From positions 3 to 64,002 of the forward strand of contig JBILFA010000004.1 of NCBI GenBank assembly GCA_044351795.1: DNA of 64,000 nucleotides, in the 5' to 3' direction. Below are positions 8,709 to 16,277 of this stretch, piece by piece (positions within the stretch are counted from its first letter, which is position 1; each line of letters opens with the position of its first letter). The DNA comes from Bdellovibrionota bacterium. Lineage in GTDB: Bacteria; Bdellovibrionota_C; UBA2361; OMII01. A program made the position numbers and the translations under genes. A model generated the notes under the pieces. The model did not search any database and was not told the origin of the DNA. It saw only the letters and a program-made list of their open reading frames with translations.

Positions 8709-9312
8709 ACCATATATGGCAAAGACTAACACCCGACTTGAACTTTACTTCGGCAACACCTCTTCTCCTGGCCTCTACCGTACGGTGTTCGTACCGCCCT
8801 ACCAAACCCAACCAATTGTAGGCCTCCGAGGGACAACGCTTCACACTACGGCTCTTCCGTTTATCTGGGGCCCGGCTTCGCAAGCTCTTTCGCTTCTGTT
8901 CGTATCAGCAGTCGTGCGCAAGCTGTCAGGTGAGCCGATTGCGCTACCGCTCCTTGAAGGACCCAGCTTGAGTCCCGCAGGCGCGCTTGCCCGCCTATTA
9001 AAGAAGAGAACTACCTCGTGGCTACATGACCTCTTCGGTTCCGACGCTATGGGACGTTCTCTCCTTCACCGAATTATTATGTTGGGAAATGCTAGAGGTA
9101 AGCAGCAAGGACCTATCATCGCCACGCTCAACGAAGCCTACCTGTCTTCTCACGACATATCGATCCTCGTAGAGGGGCAGGACATTTCCAACGACTTTAA
9201 GGCTCTGGTGAAGCTACGTGATTCATTGCGCAGCTCTTTTATTCCGCGGAAAGACCCTCTCGCCAACAGTGTTCTCTCTCGCAACCGGAGCATTGAGCTC
9301 AAAGCAGCCTAG
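8701..9312 (+). CDS. Hypothetical protein, family-A paralog 4 (most diverged)
   Basis: Probable start ATG 8716 (MAKTN). It keeps the family skeleton: LELYF, PFIWGPASQALSLLFV, WLHDLFGSDAMG, GKQQGPIIATLNE, ISILVEG. Confidence 0.65.
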   Translation: MRTPYMAKTNTRLELYFGNTSSPGLYRTVFVPPYQTQPIVGLRGTTLHTTALPFIWGPASQALSLLFVSAVVRKLSGEPIALPLLEGPSLSPAGALARLLKKRTTSWLHDLFGSDAMGRSLLHRIIMLGNARGKQQGPIIATLNEAYLSSHDISILVEGQDISNDFKALVKLRDSLRSSFIPRKDPLANSVLSRNRSIELKAA

Positions 9313-9377
9313 CACAAGCTCTTAGATTGTACTTGAAAGGCGACAGTAAGATAAGAGCACGAGTGAGAGCCGGACAG

Positions 9378-9482
9378 ATGCCGGAGATCGACACCCAGGA
9401 ACTCGACGCGCTCACTAGGGAGCACGAGAAGAGGGAACAGCAACACAATCTTGGGCTATCGCGGTCACGATTTAAGCGGTGA
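9378..9482 (+). CDS. Small conserved charged peptide (paralog of 46187-46372)
   Basis: MPEIDTQELDALTREHEKREQQHNLGLSRSRFKR. The DNA at 9365-9483 is an inverted copy of 46187-46305, and several of the differences are synonymous. The frame is open upstream, with a possible TTG start at 9333. Confidence 0.4.
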   Translation: MPEIDTQELDALTREHEKREQQHNLGLSRSRFKR

Positions 9483-9581
9483 GTAATCGGAACAAAACCG
9501 ACAGGTTGCGACAGCAAGGTTGCTTAGCGCACGCGTTTTCTTACAATACCCATATCGCTGTTGTAATTCGAAGGAGAGCGC

Positions 9582-9701
9582 ATGAGCGATTCACTGTACG
9601 AACAATTTAGAGAGCTTTTAACAGGCGAGGTCCTTTCTCCCGAGGAAAAAGAAGTTCTCAGTCGTAAGATCCTTGCAATCATATTTGGAGAGGAGCAGTA
9701 G
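9582..9701 (+). CDS. 39-aa ORF translationally coupled to family-B member 2
   Basis: ATG 9582 with SD aaggag at 9571-9576. MSDSLYEQFRELLTGEVLSPEEKEVLSRKILAIIFGEEQ. The stop ends 2 nt before ATG 9704. Confidence 0.4.
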   Translation: MSDSLYEQFRELLTGEVLSPEEKEVLSRKILAIIFGEEQ

Positions 9702-9703
9702 TT

Positions 9704-10294
9704 ATGGAATCGGTTCAGATAACACCAAAAGCTAGTTTGGATATAGCAAAGCTTGCGCTGGGAGCTGATAGAGCTCAGGTTGCGCTTGATGCTCTTCAGG
9801 AATCCAACCTTAGCCCGGCTCAGGTCAAACAGCTTGAAGCTCTACTGAAAATGGTATCGCCAACTGAAGGCGCCGCTTCCGCCACTACATCCCCAGCTGT
9901 CGCCGAGCTAAAGTCAGTCGATGGCCACCAAGCTGTGGTAGGCAAAATAACAGTCAATGGCCAGCAATTAGATACCCTCCTGTCGGAAGGGGCTTTTAAC
10001 AAATCACGAGCGGATCAACACGAGTATGCCGCAAAATTAGATTGCCGGATGGCTACCCGCGCAGAGAGTCGAGCGTATGTAGATAGTTTGCTTACAAAAG
10101 AGGAAGATAAATCAATTAACGCAGCTGAAGCCAATGCCCTTAAAACCTACAGGAATTGGTTCGTACGGGATGATGAAGGCGGGCTTGTTGTTGATGGTCG
10201 GCGTGTTCGCGACGGCCGCGGCAACTACTGGCGCGAAGACGCCTATCCTGGCCTCGGTGCGTTGTTTGTGCGCGCTTCTGCGGAATCAAAATAA
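9704..10294 (+). CDS. Hypothetical protein, family-B member 2 (partner of family-A paralog 4)
   Basis: The N-terminal SLDIAKLALGADRAQVALDALQESNLSPAQVKQLEALL aligns with ORF 7488. The C-terminus (CRMATRAESRAYVDSLL...GNYWREDAYPGLGALFVRAS) only faintly recalls DUF1566/FGE-type folds. Confidence 0.65.
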   Translation: MESVQITPKASLDIAKLALGADRAQVALDALQESNLSPAQVKQLEALLKMVSPTEGAASATTSPAVAELKSVDGHQAVVGKITVNGQQLDTLLSEGAFNKSRADQHEYAAKLDCRMATRAESRAYVDSLLTKEEDKSINAAEANALKTYRNWFVRDDEGGLVVDGRRVRDGRGNYWREDAYPGLGALFVRASAESK

Positions 10295-10322
10295 TTTGAT
10301 CGTTGATCATTGGTTTCTTGGT

Positions 10323-10340
10323 CCCCTCCGGTAGGAGGGG
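10323..10340. terminator. Hairpin between convergent genes
   Basis: cccctcc-ggta-ggagggg forms a 7-bp GC-rich stem between the stop at 10294 (+) and the stop at 10399 (-). There is no clear U tract. Confidence 0.3.
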
Positions 10341-10398
10341 TTGGGTCCATTGATCCTTGGTACTTTGATCGAAAAATTTTCTACTTTAGCCGTGGTCG

Positions 10399-10998
10399 TT
10401 AATGGGCCACCAGCGAGTTATACGCATCGATGATCCTCTTAGTTCTCTCAGTAGCCACCTGCTGAAGATACGGATCTAGGCTGGCTACCTTATCTGGATG
10501 ATTCATTTGCACCAATTTAAGGTAGCGGGCTTTAAGCTCTGTTCTCGAGGTCCCCGGCGAGACGCCTAATATGTAGTGCGGATCGTCTGGATCCAGATCT
10601 TCGCCGCCACCACAAGGACCTGTATCATCAGATGGATTAGGTCCGCCGTTTCCTGACCCGTAATCATCCCCCGAGTGATAGCTTCCGCTGGAGTAGGTCT
10701 TAGCCTTCTCCTGAACTTTAAATCCCAACTTTGCGAGAGCCAGTCTTCCAAGTGCTCCAACACTTCCGATGCAGGCGCGCCAGAGATAAAGCACCGCGCG
10801 CGTCACAAGTCGAAGCAGCGGGGCAAAGACTGTCAGAACCCGAACAACCAGGTGCAAGGCGAACAAAAAAATACAGGCTGCCACCAGATAGGGAACGATA
10901 ACTACCAGAACCGGCCAGGCGTGGAAGACTATCCATGCAGGTATAGCAAGAACAAAAAAGAGCGCCTCGAAAGCATTTCCTACTAGAGTCCAACCCAT
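10399..10998 (-). CDS. Membrane-anchored J-domain (DnaJ-like) protein
   Basis: The C-terminal YILGVSPGTSRTELKARYLKLVQMNHPDKV carries the HPD motif. The N-terminal approx. 90 aa are hydrophobic (2-3 TM helices), followed by a Gly/Ser/Asp-rich linker. Confidence 0.75.
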   Translation of the reverse strand: MGWTLVGNAFEALFFVLAIPAWIVFHAWPVLVVIVPYLVAACIFLFALHLVVRVLTVFAPLLRLVTRAVLYLWRACIGSVGALGRLALAKLGFKVQEKAKTYSSGSYHSGDDYGSGNGGPNPSDDTGPCGGGEDLDPDDPHYILGVSPGTSRTELKARYLKLVQMNHPDKVASLDPYLQQVATERTKRIIDAYNSLVAH

Positions 10999-11080
10999 GC
11001 AAAGTTCCTATCGATACCTACATTACGATACGACAAAATGCTCCTGCATGATGTAACGTTTTTGTAAAAACCCCTCGAGA

Positions 11081-11096
11081 CACCTGAATGAGGCAC
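11081..11096 (-). promoter_or_regulatory. Upstream box copy (gtGCCTCATTCAGGtg on the minus strand)
   Basis: About 85 nt upstream of the J-domain gene start at 10998, in the same orientation as the gene. Confidence 0.4.
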
Positions 11097-11122
11097 TAGT
11101 AGGGGGCCAGTGCCGGCGAGCT

Positions 11123-12094
11123 CTATAGTCGCTCGAGATCTCTCCCGATACGGCTTAGGATTTCAGCTAGTGATGGGCGTCCCTTAAAATAGAGGCTCGC
11201 GCTTCGATCGTACTCCTTCTCAAACAGGGCTCGATCCAGTGAGTCGGTCAGCTTGAAGGCGTCACTATTTGCTATCTTGATGTCGTCGCCACCGAATCGC
11301 TCTTTCTTAAAATGCTCATACTCATCGGTACCGATGAAGCCTTGAACATCCGGCCGCTCAATCAGGTGGAAAAGATCGTAGTAGTGTCTAATGAAATTAG
11401 CTGGCAAGCTTCGTCCTGGATCCCCATCCTTGTAAAGGCGAAACTTTCGAACTACTGCCTGGAGCTTCTCCACAAAAGTGAACTTAGGCTCGTAGCAAAG
11501 AACTCCCAGAGCTCGGTTATCGATGATATCAATGCCAGGTGCGCTGGCAGCTCGCTCGTATGCCCATGAGGTAATGAGTCGCGGTTGGTTGGGTGCAGTT
11601 CGATCAAATCCCAATTCGAGCAGGATGCCATTTTTTAGGCCATGAATGGTAAAAAGAGAGCGATAAAAGAGCCTGACACCGCCACTCCTGAGCTTCGCGG
11701 TATCATCAAACGCTTGATCACGCTCGCTACCTATAATACCGGGAATCGCGTCCCTTAGATAATCGGCGATCCAATCGAAGTACCGTTTTCGCGACTCCCG
11801 ATGCTTCCGTTCATCGTGGTTTCTACTCGAATAAACTTTGAATCCGCATAGCTTCTCATCAGGCTCGATTTTAATGTCGATGTCCTCTGAAAAGCGGTGG
11901 ATGCAATCGTATCCCTTCGACAGAGAAGTGCCTCCTTTAAGTTGGAACTGCAGTCCCTGCTGCTGAAGCCCCCACAGCACATGCATCAACCAGTAATCTT
12001 TCTCTACAAGAAAGGGGTCCTTGATACCCATCGCGGTTGAGGTGATCTCAATGAGGTCTTTGAAGTCGTCTCGGTTGTGGAGGAAGTCGCTCAT
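11123..12094 (-). CDS. abiEii: Nucleotidyltransferase toxin, AbiEii/AbiGii family
   Basis: LKGGTSLSKGYDCIHRFSEDIDIKI is the family NTase motif. The start overlaps the upstream antitoxin stop by 1 nt (TAATG). Confidence 0.8.
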   Translation of the reverse strand: MSDFLHNRDDFKDLIEITSTAMGIKDPFLVEKDYWLMHVLWGLQQQGLQFQLKGGTSLSKGYDCIHRFSEDIDIKIEPDEKLCGFKVYSSRNHDERKHRESRKRYFDWIADYLRDAIPGIIGSERDQAFDDTAKLRSGGVRLFYRSLFTIHGLKNGILLELGFDRTAPNQPRLITSWAYERAASAPGIDIIDNRALGVLCYEPKFTFVEKLQAVVRKFRLYKDGDPGRSLPANFIRHYYDLFHLIERPDVQGFIGTDEYEHFKKERFGGDDIKIANSDAFKLTDSLDRALFEKEYDRSASLYFKGRPSLAEILSRIGRDLERL

Positions 12095-12705
12095 TAAACA
12101 CTATGCTCATGACTATCAGCGATTTCGAGTAGCCGCTTGAGTTTTTTTTGAGTACTGAGTGTGCCGTACTTAGAGGCCGCCAGTAAAAGCCGCCTACGAT
12201 TGAACTCTGGAAGCTTGTCCTTTAGACGATCAAGCACTTGTTCTCGATCTTCTGAGAGCTCCTCTAGGCGATTGAGCAGCTCAACAACAAGAAACTCTGG
12301 CGTGACCCTCTTGGGAGCTTCGCGCCAACGATGAAATGAATACGTGCGCTCTCCAAAAGTGAACTCTCCAACTCGCTTGCGGTTGAAAACTATCAGGCGA
12401 TCATAAAGCTGCGTGGTGCCCAGGCCTAACGAGTTGAACTGGCTTGGCCCATAGACTACAAAGTGATCGTCCTTAAGAAAGCTTTTCAGAAGCGACTCAA
12501 CATCTGGCGGAGCCTCCCCAAAATCAGTGATCTTTGGCGCCGCGTAGAGCCCCTGTGAGAGCTTTTTCAGAGTCCCCTCTGCAACGAGCTTAGCTAGGTG
12601 GCGGTCAACATTTGCGGAGTAGGGGGCAAGATCTGCGCGGCGGTACACCTGCCCAGGAACTAGCAGGTTCTTTAGTTTGCTGAGTGTTTCAGTCTGGCGC
12701 ATCAA
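12094..12705 (-). CDS. abiEi: AbiEi-like antitoxin / transcriptional regulator
   Basis: 203 aa. The wHTH-like HLAKLVAEGTLKKLSQGLYAAP fits the AbiEi pattern (L..Lv..G.l.r...GlY). It is coupled to the abiEii-family gene. Confidence 0.65.
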   Translation of the reverse strand: MMRQTETLSKLKNLLVPGQVYRRADLAPYSANVDRHLAKLVAEGTLKKLSQGLYAAPKITDFGEAPPDVESLLKSFLKDDHFVVYGPSQFNSLGLGTTQLYDRLIVFNRKRVGEFTFGERTYSFHRWREAPKRVTPEFLVVELLNRLEELSEDREQVLDRLKDKLPEFNRRRLLLAASKYGTLSTQKKLKRLLEIADSHEHSV

Positions 12706-12919
12706 TAAGTCCTTCCCTCTCGTTTAAGGATGCTGCTAGCGCGGTATTATGTCAATAAATTTAGTAATAGTTCATGTAAACACACCTAGACAATGAGTAT
12801 ATTCAATATGTTATGGTAGTCATTCAATAGTTATTGGCCTCTGCGTTAGCGATGGCGGAAATGTAATCCGAAGAACATGACCCTGCTATAAAGAAGGAGA
12901 TAAAGGTAGCGGAGCTCAA

Positions 12920-13918
12920 TTAACTAAGCTTAAAACGCAGCAGATAGCCCTCGACCCATGCGATCCAGGATTCATCTGCGCTTGGATCACGTTTGAGGGC
13001 TCGAAGATACCGCTCTAAGCGCCGCTGCATCTCCCACTGTTCCATAGCGTGGAGCAGGCGTCTCACGCGCTGCTCTTCTTCGTATCGCAGCCGATCACGT
13101 TCTCTGCGAAGTTCATCTTCCTTCCTTTGTTGAAGTGCGTGTCGCTCAGCCGCCTCGCCTATAAGGCAGACGGACTCTACGATCTGTCCCGCCATGTCTT
13201 CTAGGCGTTGCCGCTTTCCGTCGCGAAAGGAGGTATTCAGTCCAAACGCGCGGCCATCAAAAACAAAACTCAGGCGCCCTGTAGGGGTAAAGTCCCGCTC
13301 TGGTCGGTACCAGCGATCTGTTTTCGCTTTCTCGGGCTCCTCACGAAGCACAAGCTTGCTGTACTCGTGTATATGGAATGGAATCTTCTCCAGTCCAATG
13401 ACGGCGAAAGTCTTCTGATCCTCGAGGAGCACCGAGACTTTTCTATCCTCCAAAGCCCTGATAATCGTGTTAAAGATTCTGAGGGCGCGAGCACGGGAAG
13501 CATCGTGCACTCGAATATCGACCCGTTTGAGGTGTCTGCCCACATCCCACCGCGTTTTCTCAGGGAGTCTGTAGTACTCCAGGGTCGAAGCAATGAGCTC
13601 GTGAGGATTAGTCAGACGCTCGGGCACCCGTATCGTCGCGACGTTGGTAAGAGCAAGAGGTGTCTCTTGCCGTGGTCCCTGTATGGTTGCTTCGCGAGCC
13701 GTGTATGTCTCTGGGAGAGCCATCTTTGTAGGCTGGTGTCCGCACTCTAGTTGCCTCCAGTAGCCTCGAGGAGGCACAGGAACATTCAATCGCTGGCAAA
13801 GCTTAGCGAGACCGCGGTCGCTCAGTCCAAATTCCTTGCAGAGAGCAACCATTGGAGTCGCCCAGATTTTTGCATAGAGCTCTTCACGGGTGATTTTCTT
13901 CATCGTCTTGGCCTTCAA
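12920..13918 (-). CDS. Hypothetical protein with an HTH-like N-terminus and a coiled-coil C-terminus
   Basis: ELYAKIWATPMVALCKEFGLSDRGLAKLCQRLNVPVPPRGYW is a recurring N-terminal module of unknown function. The C-terminus is Arg/Glu-rich coiled coil. It lies 33 nt downstream of the PRTase gene on the same strand. Confidence 0.55.
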   Translation of the reverse strand: MKAKTMKKITREELYAKIWATPMVALCKEFGLSDRGLAKLCQRLNVPVPPRGYWRQLECGHQPTKMALPETYTAREATIQGPRQETPLALTNVATIRVPERLTNPHELIASTLEYYRLPEKTRWDVGRHLKRVDIRVHDASRARALRIFNTIIRALEDRKVSVLLEDQKTFAVIGLEKIPFHIHEYSKLVLREEPEKAKTDRWYRPERDFTPTGRLSFVFDGRAFGLNTSFRDGKRQRLEDMAGQIVESVCLIGEAAERHALQQRKEDELRRERDRLRYEEEQRVRRLLHAMEQWEMQRRLERYLRALKRDPSADESWIAWVEGYLLRFKLS

Positions 13919-13951
13919 AGGTGCTCCGACGTACTTGCTGGAGCTCGGAAC

Positions 13952-14626
13952 CTACGGGCTCCTCGAGAGTTTCCCGTTCTCGTAGGCAACTTCACTCTCC
14001 GCCGGATCAATAAATTGCCCACCATGGTCTGAGAAGAGAGCTCTAACGAGGGCGAAGCAGTGAATGGGTTTGTCGGGAAACTGCTCTCGTAATACTGCGT
14101 ACATTCCAACGAAGGTAGAACCGCGGGTTATAACATCATCGACGAGTGTAATGGCTTTTGCCGAGGAAGGGATCTTTGCGGCGTGGAGCTTGACCGATTC
14201 ATAGTGAGTCTGTGGATCTGGTCGCCCTCCTGGTGGTGCCGTAGCTGACTTCATCACAAGCGAAACTCGCTCGAGAGCTGGAACCACCTTAACGGGGACG
14301 GCACTAGCCATCTCCTGAGCAAAACGGAGAATGGGCCAAACGGCATCGGGGTCACGACGAGGCGCATGTCCTGGAACTGGAATAATAATGGTATCCTCGA
14401 AAAAGCACTGTCGGAGAAAAGCAAACTCGTTACACTTTGCGAGCACCGTTTTCGCCATTCGTAGGGTTACACGAACAGATTCCCCATTCAGGGGCACGAA
14501 CCCATCCTGCTTGAGGGCTTTAACGATATCGTTGGCGCTGTCTTTCTGACGCGGCAGATAGGAGTAGCAAGAAGAAACAGTAAGTTTAGAAGGAAAGGCT
14601 GGCATCTGAGCTAGTGAGTGCTGCAC
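13952..14626 (-). CDS. Phosphoribosyltransferase (ComF/GntX-like PRTase)
   Basis: PRPP-binding loop AITLVDDVITRGSTFVGM. It overlaps the upstream DprA-like gene by 41 nt. Confidence 0.75.
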   Translation of the reverse strand: MQHSLAQMPAFPSKLTVSSCYSYLPRQKDSANDIVKALKQDGFVPLNGESVRVTLRMAKTVLAKCNEFAFLRQCFFEDTIIIPVPGHAPRRDPDAVWPILRFAQEMASAVPVKVVPALERVSLVMKSATAPPGGRPDPQTHYESVKLHAAKIPSSAKAITLVDDVITRGSTFVGMYAVLREQFPDKPIHCFALVRALFSDHGGQFIDPAESEVAYENGKLSRSP

Positions 14627-15335
14627 TAGGCAGCGAGTCCTCTAAATCGTCGAAAGAGTCATCCGAGAGCACCTGTGCTCCATACCTTAAAAACTCCTGG
14701 GGCCACTTGAGGTCTGGATTGTTAGCTGCTGATTGAAGAATCCAAAGAGGTCTTGCAAGCCGTAACGCTTCCCAACCTTGATGAGTGGTGCCGCTGCCAT
14801 CCTGAGCCTCGACGATAACGGTGGCGTCAGAGAGAAGCGCCATAAGACGATTTCTAGTTGGGAAGTTTCCTTTACGAGCGGGAGTTCCGGGCGCAAACTG
14901 CGAGATCAGAAGGTGATTTATTGCGATTTCAGTCTGTAGTCTTTGATTTTCTTTTGGGTAGCAGACGTCGATCGGTGTGCCAATCACGCCTATCGTCCGG
15001 CCTCCGGCTTCAATCGCTGCTTTATGGGCTGCCGTATCGATTCCGCGAGCAAGACCACTCACAATACACACACCCCTTCGGACTAGTAGAGTGGACAGCT
15101 TCCGGGCCCGCGCAAGTCCTGACTCCGACGCATCCCTTGAGCCGATGATAGAGACTCGAGCTGCCGCAGATAGTAATGAAATGTCTCCTTCGAGGTAGAT
15201 ATGGAGTGGTGCGTACTTCTGCTCCGCCTCATTCAGAGGCCGAAAGACTTCGCTAAAGGTGTGTAATTCTGCTGCCATAATCGCCCTCGGGTCCTTCGAT
15301 ACTAATACCCCATAACGTCCTCGAATGACAGACAA
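14586..15335 (-). CDS. DprA/Smf-like Rossmann (SLOG) protein
   Basis: IGSRDASESG...IVSGLARGIDTAAHKAAIEAGGRTIGVIGTPIDVCYPKEN...FPTRNRLMALLSDATVIVEA matches the DprA core. I see no SAM or winged-helix extensions typical of competence DprA. Confidence 0.75.
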   Translation of the reverse strand: MSVIRGRYGVLVSKDPRAIMAAELHTFSEVFRPLNEAEQKYAPLHIYLEGDISLLSAAARVSIIGSRDASESGLARARKLSTLLVRRGVCIVSGLARGIDTAAHKAAIEAGGRTIGVIGTPIDVCYPKENQRLQTEIAINHLLISQFAPGTPARKGNFPTRNRLMALLSDATVIVEAQDGSGTTHQGWEALRLARPLWILQSAANNPDLKWPQEFLRYGAQVLSDDSFDDLEDSLPSAALTSSDASLSF

Positions 15336-15349
15336 ACCTCTCTACGGTA

Positions 15350-15615
15350 TTATCTCGTGCAAATATGCGAACATGCGGCTGTAATTTGCTGAGTGCGCTG
15401 AGCTGCGAACTCCGCCCTTAGGAGGGACTTAACCGCGCGTATTACCGAGTCGAGTACAGTTAAGAAGATTCCCAAGGCAGGGAGGAAAATGAGAAGCGCT
15501 GACAAGTAAGGGAGACTACCGAGACAACTGGCCAAAACTTGATGGTAAGCCAAATCGGCGCCGTTATGACCAGCAAAAGAACGTAGAGCGCGTAGCCTAC
15601 AAGAGTCCAACCCAT
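15350..15615 (-). pseudogene. Frameshifted, J-domain-less paralog of the 10399-10998 membrane protein
   Basis: ATG 15615 gives MGWTLVGYALYVLLLVITAPIWLTIKFWPVVSVVS (compare MGWTLVGNAFEALFFVLAIPAWIVFHAWPVLVVIV). Similarity continues in another frame (PYLSALLIFLPALGIF) after a shift near 15512. The 5' UTR is also duplicated. Confidence 0.4.
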
Positions 15616-15696
15616 ACCAAGCTCCCTATCGATACCTTCTGAGGTTACAACAAGAGGATCGCGTATTATGTGATCTATTTTCGATACCTCTCGAGG

Positions 15697-15712
15697 CCCC
15701 CGAATGAGACAC
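15697..15712 (-). promoter_or_regulatory. Upstream box copy, degenerate (gtGtCTCATTCgGGgg on the minus strand)
   Basis: About 85 nt upstream of ATG 15615. It is part of the duplicated upstream region also seen at 11020-11100. Confidence 0.3.
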
Positions 15713-15746
15713 CTATCAGTATGAGATACCGGTCCTTCACAGAGAG

Positions 15747-16055
15747 TTACCTGGGCCGTTTAGTAGGTTTGCGAGCTCGCGTGGTAGCTGAAGACAAGAC
15801 AAGCTCCTCGAGAGCATACGTAGGCGAGCCAGCCTTACCTCGCGCCATATAAAGAAGCTTCAAAGCCTCTATAACAAGACTCTGCTTCTCAATCCGCTGC
15901 GGATAAGATAGGTGTCGGTACTCATCGAGCCAAGCATTGAGCTCCGCAGGAATCCGTAAGGTGACAGTCATGGTAGGGCTCTTAGCCTTAAGCTCTGCAT
16001 CAGCAAGCCGCTCCTTCAAAAGAGCCTTCGATGGCAATCTCACGTCTGTTGTCAT
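15747..16055 (-). CDS. Ribbon-helix-helix (CopG/Arc-like) protein
   Basis: MTVTLRIPAELNAWLDEYRHLS...EKQSLVIEALKLLY has the beta-alpha-alpha RHH pattern. It is divergent from the recombinase gene at 16278. Confidence 0.45.
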   Translation of the reverse strand: MTTDVRLPSKALLKERLADAELKAKSPTMTVTLRIPAELNAWLDEYRHLSYPQRIEKQSLVIEALKLLYMARGKAGSPTYALEELVLSSATTRARKPTKRPR

Positions 16056-16131
16056 GCTCTAATCTCACCGAATTCAGATATTCTCCCCTCTAGGATAGCA
16101 AAGCCCCCTACCCTCAAGCCACGTAAATGTA

Positions 16132-16197
16132 TGTCATATTGTCATAATGGTATATTACCTGTCATAATAATGTCCGATAACCTTTTACTTATCGGAC
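16132..16197. promoter_or_regulatory. Repeat-rich divergent control region (3x TGTCATA plus a 9-bp palindrome)
   Basis: TGTCATA at 16132, 16140 and 16160. gtccgataa (16172-16180) pairs with ttatcggac (16189-16197). The region lies between the RHH gene and the recombinase gene. Confidence 0.3.
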
Positions 16198-16277
16198 GTT
16201 ATTTCCGCAGCATTTTCAGGGCTTCTCGCATCAAAAGGATGTAGTACATTTAAGTTGTAAAGTATGAGGTCTTCACT

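Noticed and set aside
8234-8722. 162-aa minus-strand ORF between B1 and family-A paralog 4
   Set aside because: Its composition is Ser/Arg/Cys-rich and unlike a real protein, with no motif. A different frame in the same stretch carries the recognisable HNH tail (LCPNCHRRVHHG), so I call the region an HNH remnant instead.
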